64,000 bases of DNA. It comes from Escherichia phage A5-4. The notes under the pieces are model-generated. The model ran no database searches, was not told the origin of the DNA, and was given only the letters and a program-made list of their open reading frames with translations. The stretch lies in sequence record OP744025. One strand, written 5' to 3'. The position numbers were made by a program, and so were the translations under genes. Shown here one piece after another: positions 1 to 8,948 of the stretch (within the stretch, counting starts at the first letter, position 1; every line of letters starts with the position of its first letter).

Positions 1-882
1 ATAGGCAACATTGATCAAGTCATCACCGATGATATCCGTGCTGGTAAAGTGACTTCCGGTAACACTGTTATCACTCGCACTGTCGGGTCTAATGACCCCG
101 CTCTTGAAGTTCGTGGACCAGGTGAGATTCAGGGCGACCTTAATGTAACCGGAACTGTAACTGGTAACATTGACCTTAGCTCTCAAGACGTTAACGTTGC
201 TTCTATGACCTCAACGGGAACAGTAAATGCCCTTTCCATTGAGTCTCGTACATCGGTAACTGGATTGTCTGGTACATTCGGTGAAGATTATGAAGGTGCA
301 CCTACCTATGGTATAACTTCTCTTTCCGGCGCAAACATCAACAAGAACCTTCGAGTTGGTGGAAACCTGACTGTTGTTGGTAACATCTCTGGCAATATCG
401 ACTTATCTGGAAAGGCGATCGAGCCTGCATCTTTGTCTACCACGACAGCTACGTTAACGACGGCGAACATAACAGACCTGACTGTAACTGGTCAGTTTAA
501 TATCCCGACTGTACCGTTAAATGTTCAATCCCTTAGTTCTGAAAACGCTATTTCTGCAAGCAAGTTCAGCACCACACCAAAAGAAGTAAGCACCACCTCT
601 TCTTCTTACATCCCAGACGGCTCAACGAGCATATATAACGTAAACGTTATAAATGATGTTGAAGTGAAAGCGCCGATTGGCCTGTTGAGTTCAGGAAAAG
701 GTGAGTCAGTATTCCTCTTCTTTGAACAGGATGGTACTGGTGGACATGCGGTAACATTCGGATCGGAGTTTGTTGTGCACGGTACTGAAACCATCAACAC
801 AGATGCAAACACTGTGTCGGTAGTTAACATGGTTTATCGTGGCAAAGGCCCATTGATTGACGTATTCATCACTCGTCGCTAA
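1..882 (+). CDS. tail fibre-like protein, C-terminal part (5-prime end lies outside window)
   Basis: Frame 1 is open from base 1 (listed ORF 49..882 begins at an internal GTG). Gly/Thr/Ser/Asn-rich repeats (NVTGTVTGNIDLS, NLTVVGNISGNIDLS) typical of fibrous tail proteins. Terminator follows. Confidence 0.5.
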   Translation: MGNIDQVITDDIRAGKVTSGNTVITRTVGSNDPALEVRGPGEIQGDLNVTGTVTGNIDLSSQDVNVASMTSTGTVNALSIESRTSVTGLSGTFGEDYEGAPTYGITSLSGANINKNLRVGGNLTVVGNISGNIDLSGKAIEPASLSTTTATLTTANITDLTVTGQFNIPTVPLNVQSLSSENAISASKFSTTPKEVSTTSSSYIPDGSTSIYNVNVINDVEVKAPIGLLSSGKGESVFLFFEQDGTGGHAVTFGSEFVVHGTETINTDANTVSVVNMVYRGKGPLIDVFITRR

Positions 883-886
883 TAGA

Positions 887-910
887 GGCCCTTCGGGGCC
901 TTTTCTTTTT
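887..910 (+). terminator. rho-independent terminator
   Basis: Hairpin ggccc-ttcg-gggcc followed by ttttcttttt. Confidence 0.6.
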
Positions 911-921
911 AGGAGGACAAC

Positions 922-2157
922 ATGATCCCTTTTCCAATTATTAATTTCGGTGGCGGTGTTCCACTACCTATAGGCGTTACAATCAAGTATGCAGTAAGTA
1001 CCAGCACCGGAAATATTTTTATTCTGCTTACCAATGGGCATCTATATGTAACCGGATCTAATTATCTAAACGGGCTTGGTAAAACAGGGACCACAAATAA
1101 TGCAACTTCGGGATGGTCACTTACTAACACAGGTGTTGAAGAAGTTTATGAGGTAGGAACAGAAAGTACACTGTACGGCGGTGTGTGGGTTAAGAAAAAT
1201 AATAACCACTATGAATATATCTCTGCTGTGGTCTTTCCCACTGTTGACACAACTCTCCAAAACAGTTGGAACGTCTTGCCTGAATCCGCATACATCGTTG
1301 ATGGTGTAAATATTTTATCTTCAGCAATACAAATAGCCAGATCATACGCGATCCAACCCGACGGCACTGTTTACAGACTGCTTCCCGAGGGGCCGCAAGT
1401 AGCTTGGCCTGAAAAAACAAAATACCTGTATTTTGCAAACTATAATGCTATTCGTGTCGAGGTGGATGGGACTTTAAAATACCGAGGCGACAATGGTGTA
1501 GATCAAGTGGCAGGCACTTCTGCCGGAACAACATTATCAACTTGGACAACCATCGGGGATTCTTCTGTAAGGTATATTAGGGCAAAATGTGCTCGTGGTC
1601 AAGTGGCTAACACGAGTGGCGGTTCAGGTGCTCAATCTATTGTACTTGTTGTTGCACAGAGGGAAGATGGGTCATGGGATGCAGTTGGATCGACAGCAAG
1701 AGCAGGGATAAACTCAACCAACGTCCTCGGTCCTAATTTAGCACCTATGACAAGCATACCTGCGGGGGTTGAAGTTTATGTCACTAACCAGGTCAGTTAT
1801 ACAAACGCAAGTGTGGGAACAAGGGGAGCATTGCAAGTGTTCATCTCCGATAGGGTTAATGGCATCTATCAATCAACGGGTGGACAAGGTGGATACACCT
1901 ATTCTTTATTTAGGAATCTTTCTATAACCACTAATGCAACATCTTTCGATAATATATCTGAAGATATTATAAACGATGGTGGTATCCTTCACATGACGGG
2001 TTCATTATCCGATACTTTCAAAGTGATTGTTAGTGGTAATGGTAATCTTTACTGGACAGGGAGAGGATATTCAGGGGCTATGTACCCTGCTGACTTTACG
2101 GCCTCTAATACGATAGCTCAGAAGTTTAACTTGGAAGGTATAGTTATTCCAGCATAA
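922..2157 (+). CDS. tail fibre / receptor-binding-like protein with Gly-rich RCC1-like repeats
   Basis: 411 aa ORF with AGGAGG RBS at 911-916. Repeats of the aromatic-x-x-G-x-x-x-x-G kind (LYVTGSNYLNGLGKTG, LYWTGRGYSGAMYP), same style as ORFs at 62211-64000. Confidence 0.5.
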   Translation: MIPFPIINFGGGVPLPIGVTIKYAVSTSTGNIFILLTNGHLYVTGSNYLNGLGKTGTTNNATSGWSLTNTGVEEVYEVGTESTLYGGVWVKKNNNHYEYISAVVFPTVDTTLQNSWNVLPESAYIVDGVNILSSAIQIARSYAIQPDGTVYRLLPEGPQVAWPEKTKYLYFANYNAIRVEVDGTLKYRGDNGVDQVAGTSAGTTLSTWTTIGDSSVRYIRAKCARGQVANTSGGSGAQSIVLVVAQREDGSWDAVGSTARAGINSTNVLGPNLAPMTSIPAGVEVYVTNQVSYTNASVGTRGALQVFISDRVNGIYQSTGGQGGYTYSLFRNLSITTNATSFDNISEDIINDGGILHMTGSLSDTFKVIVSGNGNLYWTGRGYSGAMYPADFTASNTIAQKFNLEGIVIPA

Positions 2158-2163
2158 AGAAAA

Positions 2164-2190
2164 GGCGCTCAAATGAGCGCCTTTATTTTT
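2164..2190. terminator. bidirectional rho-independent terminator
   Basis: Hairpin ggcgctc-aaat-gagcgcc with A-run upstream and T-run downstream, between convergent genes. Confidence 0.6.
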
Positions 2191-2205
2191 ATCTAAATTT
2201 TACGA

Positions 2206-3381
2206 TCAAAACGGAATATCGTCGTCAAAATCCATATCATCTACAGACATATTCACATGGCCTTCGATATCAGGTGTAGGTGAATCTTCTGCTGACGGAG
2301 TTAACTGCGGTTCCGGCTCAGGTTTCTTTTCTTCTTTCTTAGGAGTTGAAGCACCGTTACGGATCTTATCTTCCAGTTGACAGATGAATCGGAAATTCTC
2401 TTCAGTCTTAGCAATAAACGTTTCAATGTTATTACTTCCCCAACGGGCAGAAAGAATACCACACTGGCCTAAACGAGCACCAAAAGAATAATCATCCATA
2501 GATTTAAACTCTTCGCGAAGTTTTGCTTTAATGGAGTCCATCGCTGCAAGAACTTGCTCTACAACAATACCCTGATTTGCGATCGTTTCATTCGGGAACA
2601 TTGCATCTGTGATAGACAGTGCATTACCTAAACGAATGGGGAGATCATCCTTACCTTTACCTGAACGAGAACCTGTTCCGGTGTTTGCACCTTTTGGACC
2701 ATATGCTTTAAAGCCAGTTACAGTACCATCTTCTGCACGAACACCTGCAATACGACCACCTTCTGAAATCTGACCTGCTTGTTCATCAGTAAGATTTACA
2801 GTAACTTCTGTGCCATCTTCCAGCTTAACAACTACCTTATTGCCTTCGATAGATGTGATATCACCATAAATCTTCTTAGCTGCACCACCAGACGGCTTTT
2901 GCTGCTGTTGGGAACCACTTGATTGCTGCTGTTGCTGACGAGGCTCACGAGCACCGGATGCGTCAGTAATTTTGATACGTGCTTTCTTACCTTCTGTAGA
3001 AGAACCTTGACTACCATCTTCTTTGGTATAGGTCTTGATAACAACAGGTAAACGAATTTTCATACCCTCTTTAAGATCAGTGTAACCACCTTCAGGATTT
3101 TTAATCTGGAACTGATTCTCATACTTCAGGTTTTTAACTTCACCCTCACCAAAAGAAATCCATGCTTGATCTTCACCTTCTTTAAGAAGAACCGCATAGC
3201 GGTGGGTATTGTTAATGCTTTTCTGCTGACCAGTATTCTTGTCTTTGAAGGTAGTCACTCGTGGGCTACCATCTCCATTAATACGTTTGATCATGATACG
3301 TTCAATCGTACCTGCTGCGATGTTTACTGTGGTATCGGAAACAGCATCGTATACAGCATTGATAACTTTAACTTCAGACAT
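2206..3381 (-). CDS. putative single-stranded DNA-binding protein
   Basis: 391 aa. C-terminus DDMDFDDDIPF is an SSB-type acidic tail; Gln/Ser-rich flexible linker (EPRQQQQQSSGSQQQQ); lies in the replication gene block. Confidence 0.5.
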   Translation of the reverse strand: MSEVKVINAVYDAVSDTTVNIAAGTIERIMIKRINGDGSPRVTTFKDKNTGQQKSINNTHRYAVLLKEGEDQAWISFGEGEVKNLKYENQFQIKNPEGGYTDLKEGMKIRLPVVIKTYTKEDGSQGSSTEGKKARIKITDASGAREPRQQQQQSSGSQQQQKPSGGAAKKIYGDITSIEGNKVVVKLEDGTEVTVNLTDEQAGQISEGGRIAGVRAEDGTVTGFKAYGPKGANTGTGSRSGKGKDDLPIRLGNALSITDAMFPNETIANQGIVVEQVLAAMDSIKAKLREEFKSMDDYSFGARLGQCGILSARWGSNNIETFIAKTEENFRFICQLEDKIRNGASTPKKEEKKPEPEPQLTPSAEDSPTPDIEGHVNMSVDDMDFDDDIPF

Positions 3382-3464
3382 TTAAATCTCCTTTAACTAT
3401 TGAACACACCATTTAAGGCCGAGAAACTATATTACAACTAACTTATTTGAATTGCAAACAACTT

Positions 3465-3845
3465 TTAGAGATAAACTCGCTTAACTTTTTCATGAACATT
3501 ATCAAACAAAGTGTTGATCATCTGCAAGTCTTTAATAAGTTCTTCCGTAAATTGTTCTTCTTTGTGAGCAAACACACGAGAACGGTCAATGTTTACGGGA
3601 TCTGCACTTTGGTCACCAGACAGGTCGAAAATGTCGATACCAATACGAGCACGACCTTTTTCAATCTTATTCTCATCATCAATACCATAAACACTCATGA
3701 TTTGCATTTCACGATCTTCTTCACTGTTTGTATAGATGATCGTGGTATTCAGATTCTTAATGCCATCATAAATGTGGATATTACGTGTAGCTGAGATAGG
3801 AATCCAATCACCAACCAAATAATCTTTACCGTCGAAAATACTCAT
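3465..3845 (-). CDS. hypothetical protein
   Basis: 126 aa ORF in the minus-strand block; no recognisable motif. Confidence 0.5.
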   Translation of the reverse strand: MSIFDGKDYLVGDWIPISATRNIHIYDGIKNLNTTIIYTNSEEDREMQIMSVYGIDDENKIEKGRARIGIDIFDLSGDQSADPVNIDRSRVFAHKEEQFTEELIKDLQMINTLFDNVHEKVKRVYL

Positions 3846-3899
3846 CTTCTTTCCTCTTTTGTTTAAGTGGGGCCATTATGCCCCACACTTAACTTTCTG

Positions 3900-4472
3900 T
3901 CAAGGACGTTTCGGTGGACTAACGACACCTTTTTTAGATAAAGGTAATTCGTCTGCATCTTTTCCACGGAGAGATTCTAACCACTCATCTAAAGATAGAG
4001 GTACTTTGCCAACACCCTTGGACCATACAGATAAGCAATACAGGTCGTATGCAGATGGGCCAGCATCACCCTTGTCACCATACGGCCCTTTTAAACTCGC
4101 CAACCAATCCTTTTCATTCAGTGGGATAGTGCCTGGATCTTCTTGTCGAAGAACTCTTAGGTATGTTTCATAAGCAGACTCTCCACGGGGACCCATTGGA
4201 CCAGGTAAACCTTGCGGTCCCTTTGCATACTCTAAATATGCAGACTTTGAACCATCATTGACCACTGAAACTTTATACAATGACCAAGCCAACAGAACTA
4301 TCCAACAAGCAAACAATGCAAGCGGGTAAGGGATCATTGAAGTAAAGAATGACAGGGCTAAAATTACAACCTTGTTCTTGTGATCACGACGGAAAGCGAT
4401 GATCACAGGGGCTAACCAGATAGCAAAGATAACCCACGCAGATAAGATAAACAACCAACTAATGTATTCCAT
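3900..4472 (-). CDS. membrane protein with superinfection-immunity-like N-terminus and collagen-like G-x-Y repeats
   Basis: N-terminal TM region WLAPVIIAFRRDHKNKVVILALSFF resembles the Imm-type motif; C-terminal GPQGLPGPMGPRGESAY and GPYGDKGDAGPSAY triplet repeats. Confidence 0.5.
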   Translation of the reverse strand: MEYISWLFILSAWVIFAIWLAPVIIAFRRDHKNKVVILALSFFTSMIPYPLALFACWIVLLAWSLYKVSVVNDGSKSAYLEYAKGPQGLPGPMGPRGESAYETYLRVLRQEDPGTIPLNEKDWLASLKGPYGDKGDAGPSAYDLYCLSVWSKGVGKVPLSLDEWLESLRGKDADELPLSKKGVVSPPKRP

Positions 4473-4660
4473 TAAGCCTCCTCAGTATCGTCTTTAAAGT
4501 AATCTAACATCCAACTCTCTACAGGTTTCGCATAGTAACCCGTTCGCCCTTTCTTTTGGAACTCCATAACAATTTCATTTGCAATACCTTTTGTGATTGC
4601 GATCCCGATCAGTGCACCACCAGGCCCCATTACTGCATGTGAACTAAGATCATTACTCAT
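4472..4660 (-). CDS. hypothetical protein
   Basis: 62 aa ORF abutting its neighbours. Confidence 0.4.
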   Translation of the reverse strand: MSNDLSSHAVMGPGGALIGIAITKGIANEIVMEFQKKGRTGYYAKPVESWMLDYFKDDTEEA

Positions 4661-4952
4661 TTTTAACCCCCTTCATTTTATCTCTTAAACTTTGAGCATC
4701 CCACGTATAACCTGAGGAGATACCTTTTTCACGTTCACTATCTTTGAACTTGCAAATTACAGATTTTGCTTCACCATCAACAACAACCGCATAACTGTTG
4801 TAGTAATTGTGTTGCTTCTTGCAAAATTCGTGTAACTCCTTGACCTCTGTTGGCATCAGAGAAGGTAGATTCTTGTATCGCTTTGTATGCTCGTCTTCAC
4901 CTTCTTTACAACCTATGAGAAGAAGTATACATAAAACGATCAACCTTTTCAA
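4653..4952 (-). CDS. putative lipoprotein
   Basis: TTG start with AGGAGG RBS 8 nt upstream; N-terminus LKRLIVLCILLLIGC carries a lipobox-like LIGC. Confidence 0.5.
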   Translation of the reverse strand: MKRLIVLCILLLIGCKEGEDEHTKRYKNLPSLMPTEVKELHEFCKKQHNYYNSYAVVVDGEAKSVICKFKDSEREKGISSGYTWDAQSLRDKMKGVKNE

Positions 4953-5101
4953 TAGTTACCTCCTAAATATTTTGTGATCTCTACTGCAAATATTGTTCCA
5001 AGTATAAACCATGTTGCACTTAACACGTTGAAAGGTAAAAACCTTGAACCTGCAAGAGAAACCATAATAAAGAACGTTACAAAAATTTCTGGAGAAATCA
5101 T
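4949..5101 (-). CDS. small hydrophobic protein (50 aa), not in ORF track
   Basis: ATG at 5101-5099 overlaps the upstream stop (TGATG); translation MISPEIFVTFFIMVSLAGSRFLPFNVLSATWFILGTIFAVEITKYLGGNY; stop overlaps the TTG start of the lipoprotein gene. Confidence 0.3.
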   Translation of the reverse strand: MISPEIFVTFFIMVSLAGSRFLPFNVLSATWFILGTIFAVEITKYLGGNY

Positions 5102-5502
5102 CATTGTTTTATAGTTCCCTTTGCAATCAATTCGTCAACCTCATCCTCTGCACGACACATAATCTGATAAATAGTCTCCGGATTGTTTAAGAATTCCGTA
5201 TACTTCTTGATACGGCATACTAAACGTGAACGAACTTGCCGCTCCCGAGTAACATGACGAAAATAATGACCTTTCTGACGATAAACCCAAGCATAGTATA
5301 CAGTCTTTGCTCGATTGCGATCTGAACCTAAACGCTCAGCCAACAGAGTGTAAGGGTCATTATTAGTGGGACCAAACAAAAATATTTCTGCAAAACTTTC
5401 TTTAACGATACGAGATTCTTCATCCGTGATTCGCGGACATTCTTCAGAACCGTAGCGTGGTGTTTTAGTGGCATTTGGCTTCTTAGGGTATACTTTACGC
5501 AT
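5101..5502 (-). CDS. hypothetical protein, possible HTH regulator
   Basis: 133 aa basic protein; segment TLLAERLGSDRNRAKTVYYAW looks like a helix-turn-helix. Speculative. Confidence 0.45.
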   Translation of the reverse strand: MRKVYPKKPNATKTPRYGSEECPRITDEESRIVKESFAEIFLFGPTNNDPYTLLAERLGSDRNRAKTVYYAWVYRQKGHYFRHVTRERQVRSRLVCRIKKYTEFLNNPETIYQIMCRAEDEVDELIAKGTIKQ

Positions 5503-5569
5503 TTCATCACTCCTCTAATTAAAACTCTTACTCCCGATGTGAGGAGCCTTTCGGCCCCTCTCTTAAATA

Positions 5570-6178
5570 TCAATCACAACTGCTTGAAGAACTACTACTG
5601 CTACTGTCAGAAGAATAACTATCATATGAAGATGAGCTTTCATACGAACTTGATCGACTTGAAGAACAGTAAGAACTTGAACTACTTGTACGATCTTCAC
5701 TGGAGGACATTACAGCAGCATACGTTGCCACACCACCTAAAGCTGCCACCTGAGGATCAACCTGGCTAGTTCCATATCCGTTTGGAGAGTCGCTCATTTT
5801 ACGTGGCGCTGCCCGACGTGCCTGATCAATATATTGTCGCTTTGCCTTCGGTGGTAATTTCTTACCTTGAGCATAAGACGGCAGTTCAACACCCTTCAGT
5901 TGTTCATCCAAAGGTTTCGGCGGCGTAGCCTGTGATTTTGGTCGTTCAACAGAGATATCAACAACCTTCATCGTCTTATCTTTGATGTTTAACCCAACCA
6001 ATACCTCATTTTCTTTTAATGGTTCTTCTAAAGATCGTGTTTCAACTGGACTGAATTTAACGCTTGCAGTTTCTTGACGTTGTTCAGCTTGCTTTGCGAT
6101 ATACTTATCGATCGCCGCAGTTTCTACTTCCAGCGGAATAAATAATGATTTTACCCAAGCAACAAACTTCTTGATCAT
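5570..6178 (-). CDS. hypothetical protein with Ser-rich C-terminal tail
   Basis: 202 aa; low-complexity C-terminus SSSSSSYCSSSRSSSYESSSSYDSYSSDSSSSSSSSSCD. Confidence 0.5.
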   Translation of the reverse strand: MIKKFVAWVKSLFIPLEVETAAIDKYIAKQAEQRQETASVKFSPVETRSLEEPLKENEVLVGLNIKDKTMKVVDISVERPKSQATPPKPLDEQLKGVELPSYAQGKKLPPKAKRQYIDQARRAAPRKMSDSPNGYGTSQVDPQVAALGGVATYAAVMSSSEDRTSSSSSYCSSSRSSSYESSSSYDSYSSDSSSSSSSSSCD

Positions 6179-6399
6179 ACTCTTTCTCCTTTTTCATCAA
6201 TAACGATTAATGGCTCAATAACTAAAAGGCGCTGCTTCATAAGACTTTTTATAGTCTCATCGATATCAGATAGAAGAATATCTTTTTGACTTTCTATCCA
6301 ATTACGTGCTGCCTTTTCTGAGACAAAGGCAATACCTTCTTGACCAATGTCCCACTCACAGAATACTTTATACACCATCATCCTCACCCTTGTCAACAT
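6175..6399 (-). CDS. hypothetical protein
   Basis: 74 aa ORF, 4-nt overlap with the downstream gene. Confidence 0.45.
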   Translation of the reverse strand: MLTRVRMMVYKVFCEWDIGQEGIAFVSEKAARNWIESQKDILLSDIDETIKSLMKQRLLVIEPLIVIDEKGERV

Positions 6400-6685
6400 T
6401 ATTTGGATTCAGTTTCTTTTCTGCCTGTTTCAAAATAATATCTAGCTTTTCAATTTCTTTGTGGAGAGGTTCAGACAACAACTTCTCACCAAAAAGCCAG
6501 AACTTCTTCATACCTTTTTTGACACCCTTCCCCATAAAATTAGCAAGATCTTCAAGCTTCCATGCAATAAAGCTAATAACCGCTGCAATAAGATGAACAA
6601 GTGCCAACAACACACGGTGCGGGTTTAAAATGCCAAGACAGATAAGCATAAAGATTATTTTTGTAAAGCCCCATACAATTTTCAT
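6368..6685 (-). CDS. hypothetical membrane protein
   Basis: 105 aa with two hydrophobic segments. Confidence 0.45.
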   Translation of the reverse strand: MKIVWGFTKIIFMLICLGILNPHRVLLALVHLIAAVISFIAWKLEDLANFMGKGVKKGMKKFWLFGEKLLSEPLHKEIEKLDIILKQAEKKLNPNNVDKGEDDGV

Positions 6686-7068
6686 TCGTAATTAATCCCC
6701 ACGTTAACAATTTCCCCAGTTTTATCATTGAACACTTCAATATCATAGTATTCAATAACGCCTTCTTCATCAAAAGAACTTTTCTGTTTACAAGGTGATA
6801 CCCAAAAGCCGTGAATTACCGCCTCTTCAAGACCATCAGTGCCGGACACACGACTTAATGTTGGATAAGGGACCAGTATAGGTTTTACTTCACCACACCC
6901 ACACGTACAGCAAAATACTTCATCTTCTTCCAGTTGGTACAGTCGCTTTTCTGGAACAAAAGTCAGATGCGCCAAAGGATATTTAGAGACGATGGCATTA
7001 ATATAAGGTTTTCCTGCCAAGCTGTCAATAAATTCATTAAACTCTTTTCTATTTTTTGATAAGCTCAT
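6682..7068 (-). CDS. hypothetical Cys-rich protein
   Basis: 128 aa; CCTCGCG cysteine cluster suggests metal binding. Confidence 0.5.
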   Translation of the reverse strand: MSLSKNRKEFNEFIDSLAGKPYINAIVSKYPLAHLTFVPEKRLYQLEEDEVFCCTCGCGEVKPILVPYPTLSRVSGTDGLEEAVIHGFWVSPCKQKSSFDEEGVIEYYDIEVFNDKTGEIVNVGINYE

Positions 7069-7301
7069 CGAGTACCTCCAAAAATATTTAAAGCTTTAGA
7101 ATAATCAATGTGACCTGGAACAGTGTGGGCCTCTTGTACAAGGCATTGCCGACAAATACGTGACACAACTGTTGTCTTGATCTCTTCTGTATCGTAGAAG
7201 CGAGACATTACCTTTGTAACTTGATTGCATTGAGTAATAACAAAATCGTGTTTACAACTTGGTTTGTTTTCTTCAGTTTCTTTCTTTTTAAAAGGCCACA
7301 T
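7065..7301 (-). CDS. hypothetical Cys-rich protein
   Basis: 78 aa; CKHD...C...CRQC pattern (zinc-ribbon-like); ATGA-type overlap with neighbour. Confidence 0.45.
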   Translation of the reverse strand: MWPFKKKETEENKPSCKHDFVITQCNQVTKVMSRFYDTEEIKTTVVSRICRQCLVQEAHTVPGHIDYSKALNIFGGTR

Positions 7302-7309
7302 GGTGACTC

Positions 7310-7492
7310 CTATTCTTCAACTATTTCGTATTCATCTTTCAAGAGCATAAATTGATAGCCCTTGCCCTTATTCGCAATAATAGTACCAGACGCGCTTTCT
7401 TTTGTCACGAAAAGAATTGAATCTTTTTGGACACCGTAATACTTAAGTTGCTCAAGCAGTTTGGTCTTTGATTCTAAGATTTTGACTTTCAT
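7310..7492 (-). CDS. hypothetical protein
   Basis: 60 aa ORF in block. Confidence 0.4.
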   Translation of the reverse strand: MKVKILESKTKLLEQLKYYGVQKDSILFVTKESASGTIIANKGKGYQFMLLKDEYEIVEE

Positions 7493-7749
7493 TAGATATC
7501 AATTACTACGATTTCAAGCATTGAATTTTCAACAGCTTCCTTAAGCTCATCGTATACAATAATAGACCAATCATTATTAAGATTACCTTTGATCAGTTTA
7601 GCCACCTGTTCTAACGAAGTCACAAAAGGTGTGTCACATTCATTATTGGAGAGACTTAACTTTGTATACATAAAGCCATCATCGTCAGCAGTCTGCCAAA
7701 ATGAAACAAATTCACCACTGACCTTATGTTTTGCTGAGTAAAATTTCAT
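7492..7749 (-). CDS. hypothetical protein
   Basis: 85 aa ORF in block. Confidence 0.45.
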   Translation of the reverse strand: MKFYSAKHKVSGEFVSFWQTADDDGFMYTKLSLSNNECDTPFVTSLEQVAKLIKGNLNNDWSIIVYDELKEAVENSMLEIVVIDI

Positions 7750-7770
7750 TTAATTATCCTCTCTGCCAGT

Positions 7771-8037
7771 TTATAATTTTTCTTTGCCCAAAGTAAGACT
7801 AATTTCGAAAGTTTTTGTTATAACTTTGTCGTCTTTGTCGAAGAAATCAAACTGGACATAACTCTCGGCCGAACTGACAACCAGGCCTACAGAGACAGTC
7901 CCTTCTGGTACGAGAGCCTTATATTCTTCTTTTAGCACAACGTCGTAAAAATACAACGCTCCACAATAAACTTCATCCCAACCATCAAAAGATTCGATGA
8001 AAGCTTTTTCAATACCAACTAAAGTCTTTTCTGACAT
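7771..8037 (-). CDS. hypothetical protein
   Basis: 88 aa ORF in block. Confidence 0.45.
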   Translation of the reverse strand: MSEKTLVGIEKAFIESFDGWDEVYCGALYFYDVVLKEEYKALVPEGTVSVGLVVSSAESYVQFDFFDKDDKVITKTFEISLTLGKEKL

Positions 8038-8060
8038 TATATTTTCCTCTTCGTTTCAAG

Positions 8061-8333
8061 TTAGATATAGTCTACACCAGCTTGTTCCAACAAGTCAAGC
8101 CTTAATTTAAGTTCTTTTTCACGATAGTCGGAAACAAGTTTATCCTTTTTCTTTTCTTCTTCTTCGAACTGGTCGAGTGGAAGAATACGAATAATGTGTT
8201 CTGCCTTCATGTAGGATGTTGATCCGATAAGCTGAACATTACCATTTGGCAGTAGTCGGCCTTTGATCACCCGATAACGAGGAAACAGGTCATATTTGAC
8301 GATTGCTGTAACTGCCATATTACTCATGTGCAT
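8061..8333 (-). CDS. hypothetical protein
   Basis: 90 aa ORF in block. Confidence 0.45.
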   Translation of the reverse strand: MHMSNMAVTAIVKYDLFPRYRVIKGRLLPNGNVQLIGSTSYMKAEHIIRILPLDQFEEEEKKKDKLVSDYREKELKLRLDLLEQAGVDYI

Positions 8334-8646
8334 TCTCCATGTCAGAAATTCGATCTTCTACCCAACCACGACGGTAAATGTTGAGGTAAGATTTACCTTT
8401 TGAACCATGATGGGCATATTCGTCAAAATCAAAATCGAAAGGTGTCTCGGTATTAAGACCTGCATCAAAGAATTGATTCTTCATTTCGAATTGCACTTTC
8501 ATGTCTGGATCATTTTTACCCAGGAATGAGGACAAATTAAAACAAAGGCCAGCGCCTCGGTAAAAAGCACCATCTTTTGGTGCACCGATATCTAACCATT
8601 TTTTATATTCTTGATAGAAATTAAGAAGTTGTGGGCTGCTTTTCAT
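8320..8646 (-). CDS. hypothetical protein (paralog of 18822..19118)
   Basis: 108 aa; shares FYxxYxxWLDxGAP...GLC...DAGL...FPFD pattern with ORF 18822..19118. Confidence 0.5.
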   Translation of the reverse strand: MKSSPQLLNFYQEYKKWLDIGAPKDGAFYRGAGLCFNLSSFLGKNDPDMKVQFEMKNQFFDAGLNTETPFDFDFDEYAHHGSKGKSYLNIYRRGWVEDRISDMENAHE

Positions 8647-8704
8647 TTTGTTCTCCTCATTTGTTTGATAGGACTACTATAACATAGTCCTATCCGCTTG
8701 TATA

Positions 8705-8947
8705 CTATTTAATTAAAGATTTTATAAATGCCTGATATGATTCAAGGTCCTCTTCTTTAATGTGGACTGTACCAGTCTCATCACCTGAAGAATTGAACAT
8801 CTGTACGATAAGATCTTGGTTGCCAGACGAAATGCAAGATAAGTTGCCTGGCTTCAAGCACTCGTTGTATGTTGCCGCTACATCGGTAAAAGCCGCAACG
8901 TTCCAGACACCACAATAATCCATACTTCTTTGAATAATAAAAATCAT
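8705..8947 (-). CDS. hypothetical protein
   Basis: Track ORF 8705..8995 trimmed to the internal ATG at 8947 (MIFIIQRSMDYCG...) to remove overlap with the upstream gene; start uncertain. Confidence 0.4.
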   Translation of the reverse strand: MIFIIQRSMDYCGVWNVAAFTDVAATYNECLKPGNLSCISSGNQDLIVQMFNSSGDETGTVHIKEEDLESYQAFIKSLIK

Positions 8948-8948
8948 C

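Noticed and set aside
606-830. Minus-strand ORF inside the tail-fibre gene
   Set aside because: Lies entirely within the longer plus-strand coding frame; shadow ORF.
1190-1438. Minus-strand ORF inside the 922..2157 gene
   Set aside because: Antisense to a long, well-supported ORF; Cys/Arg-rich junk translation.
2832-3396. Short ORFs (2832..3044 minus, 3166..3396 plus) within the SSB-like gene
   Set aside because: Embedded in or antisense to the SSB-like coding frame.
3447-4173. Plus-strand ORFs 3447..3794 and 3859..4173
   Set aside because: Antisense to the minus-strand genes 3465..3845 and 3900..4472 in a uniformly minus-strand block; Phe/Ile-rich translations typical of antisense AT-rich frames.
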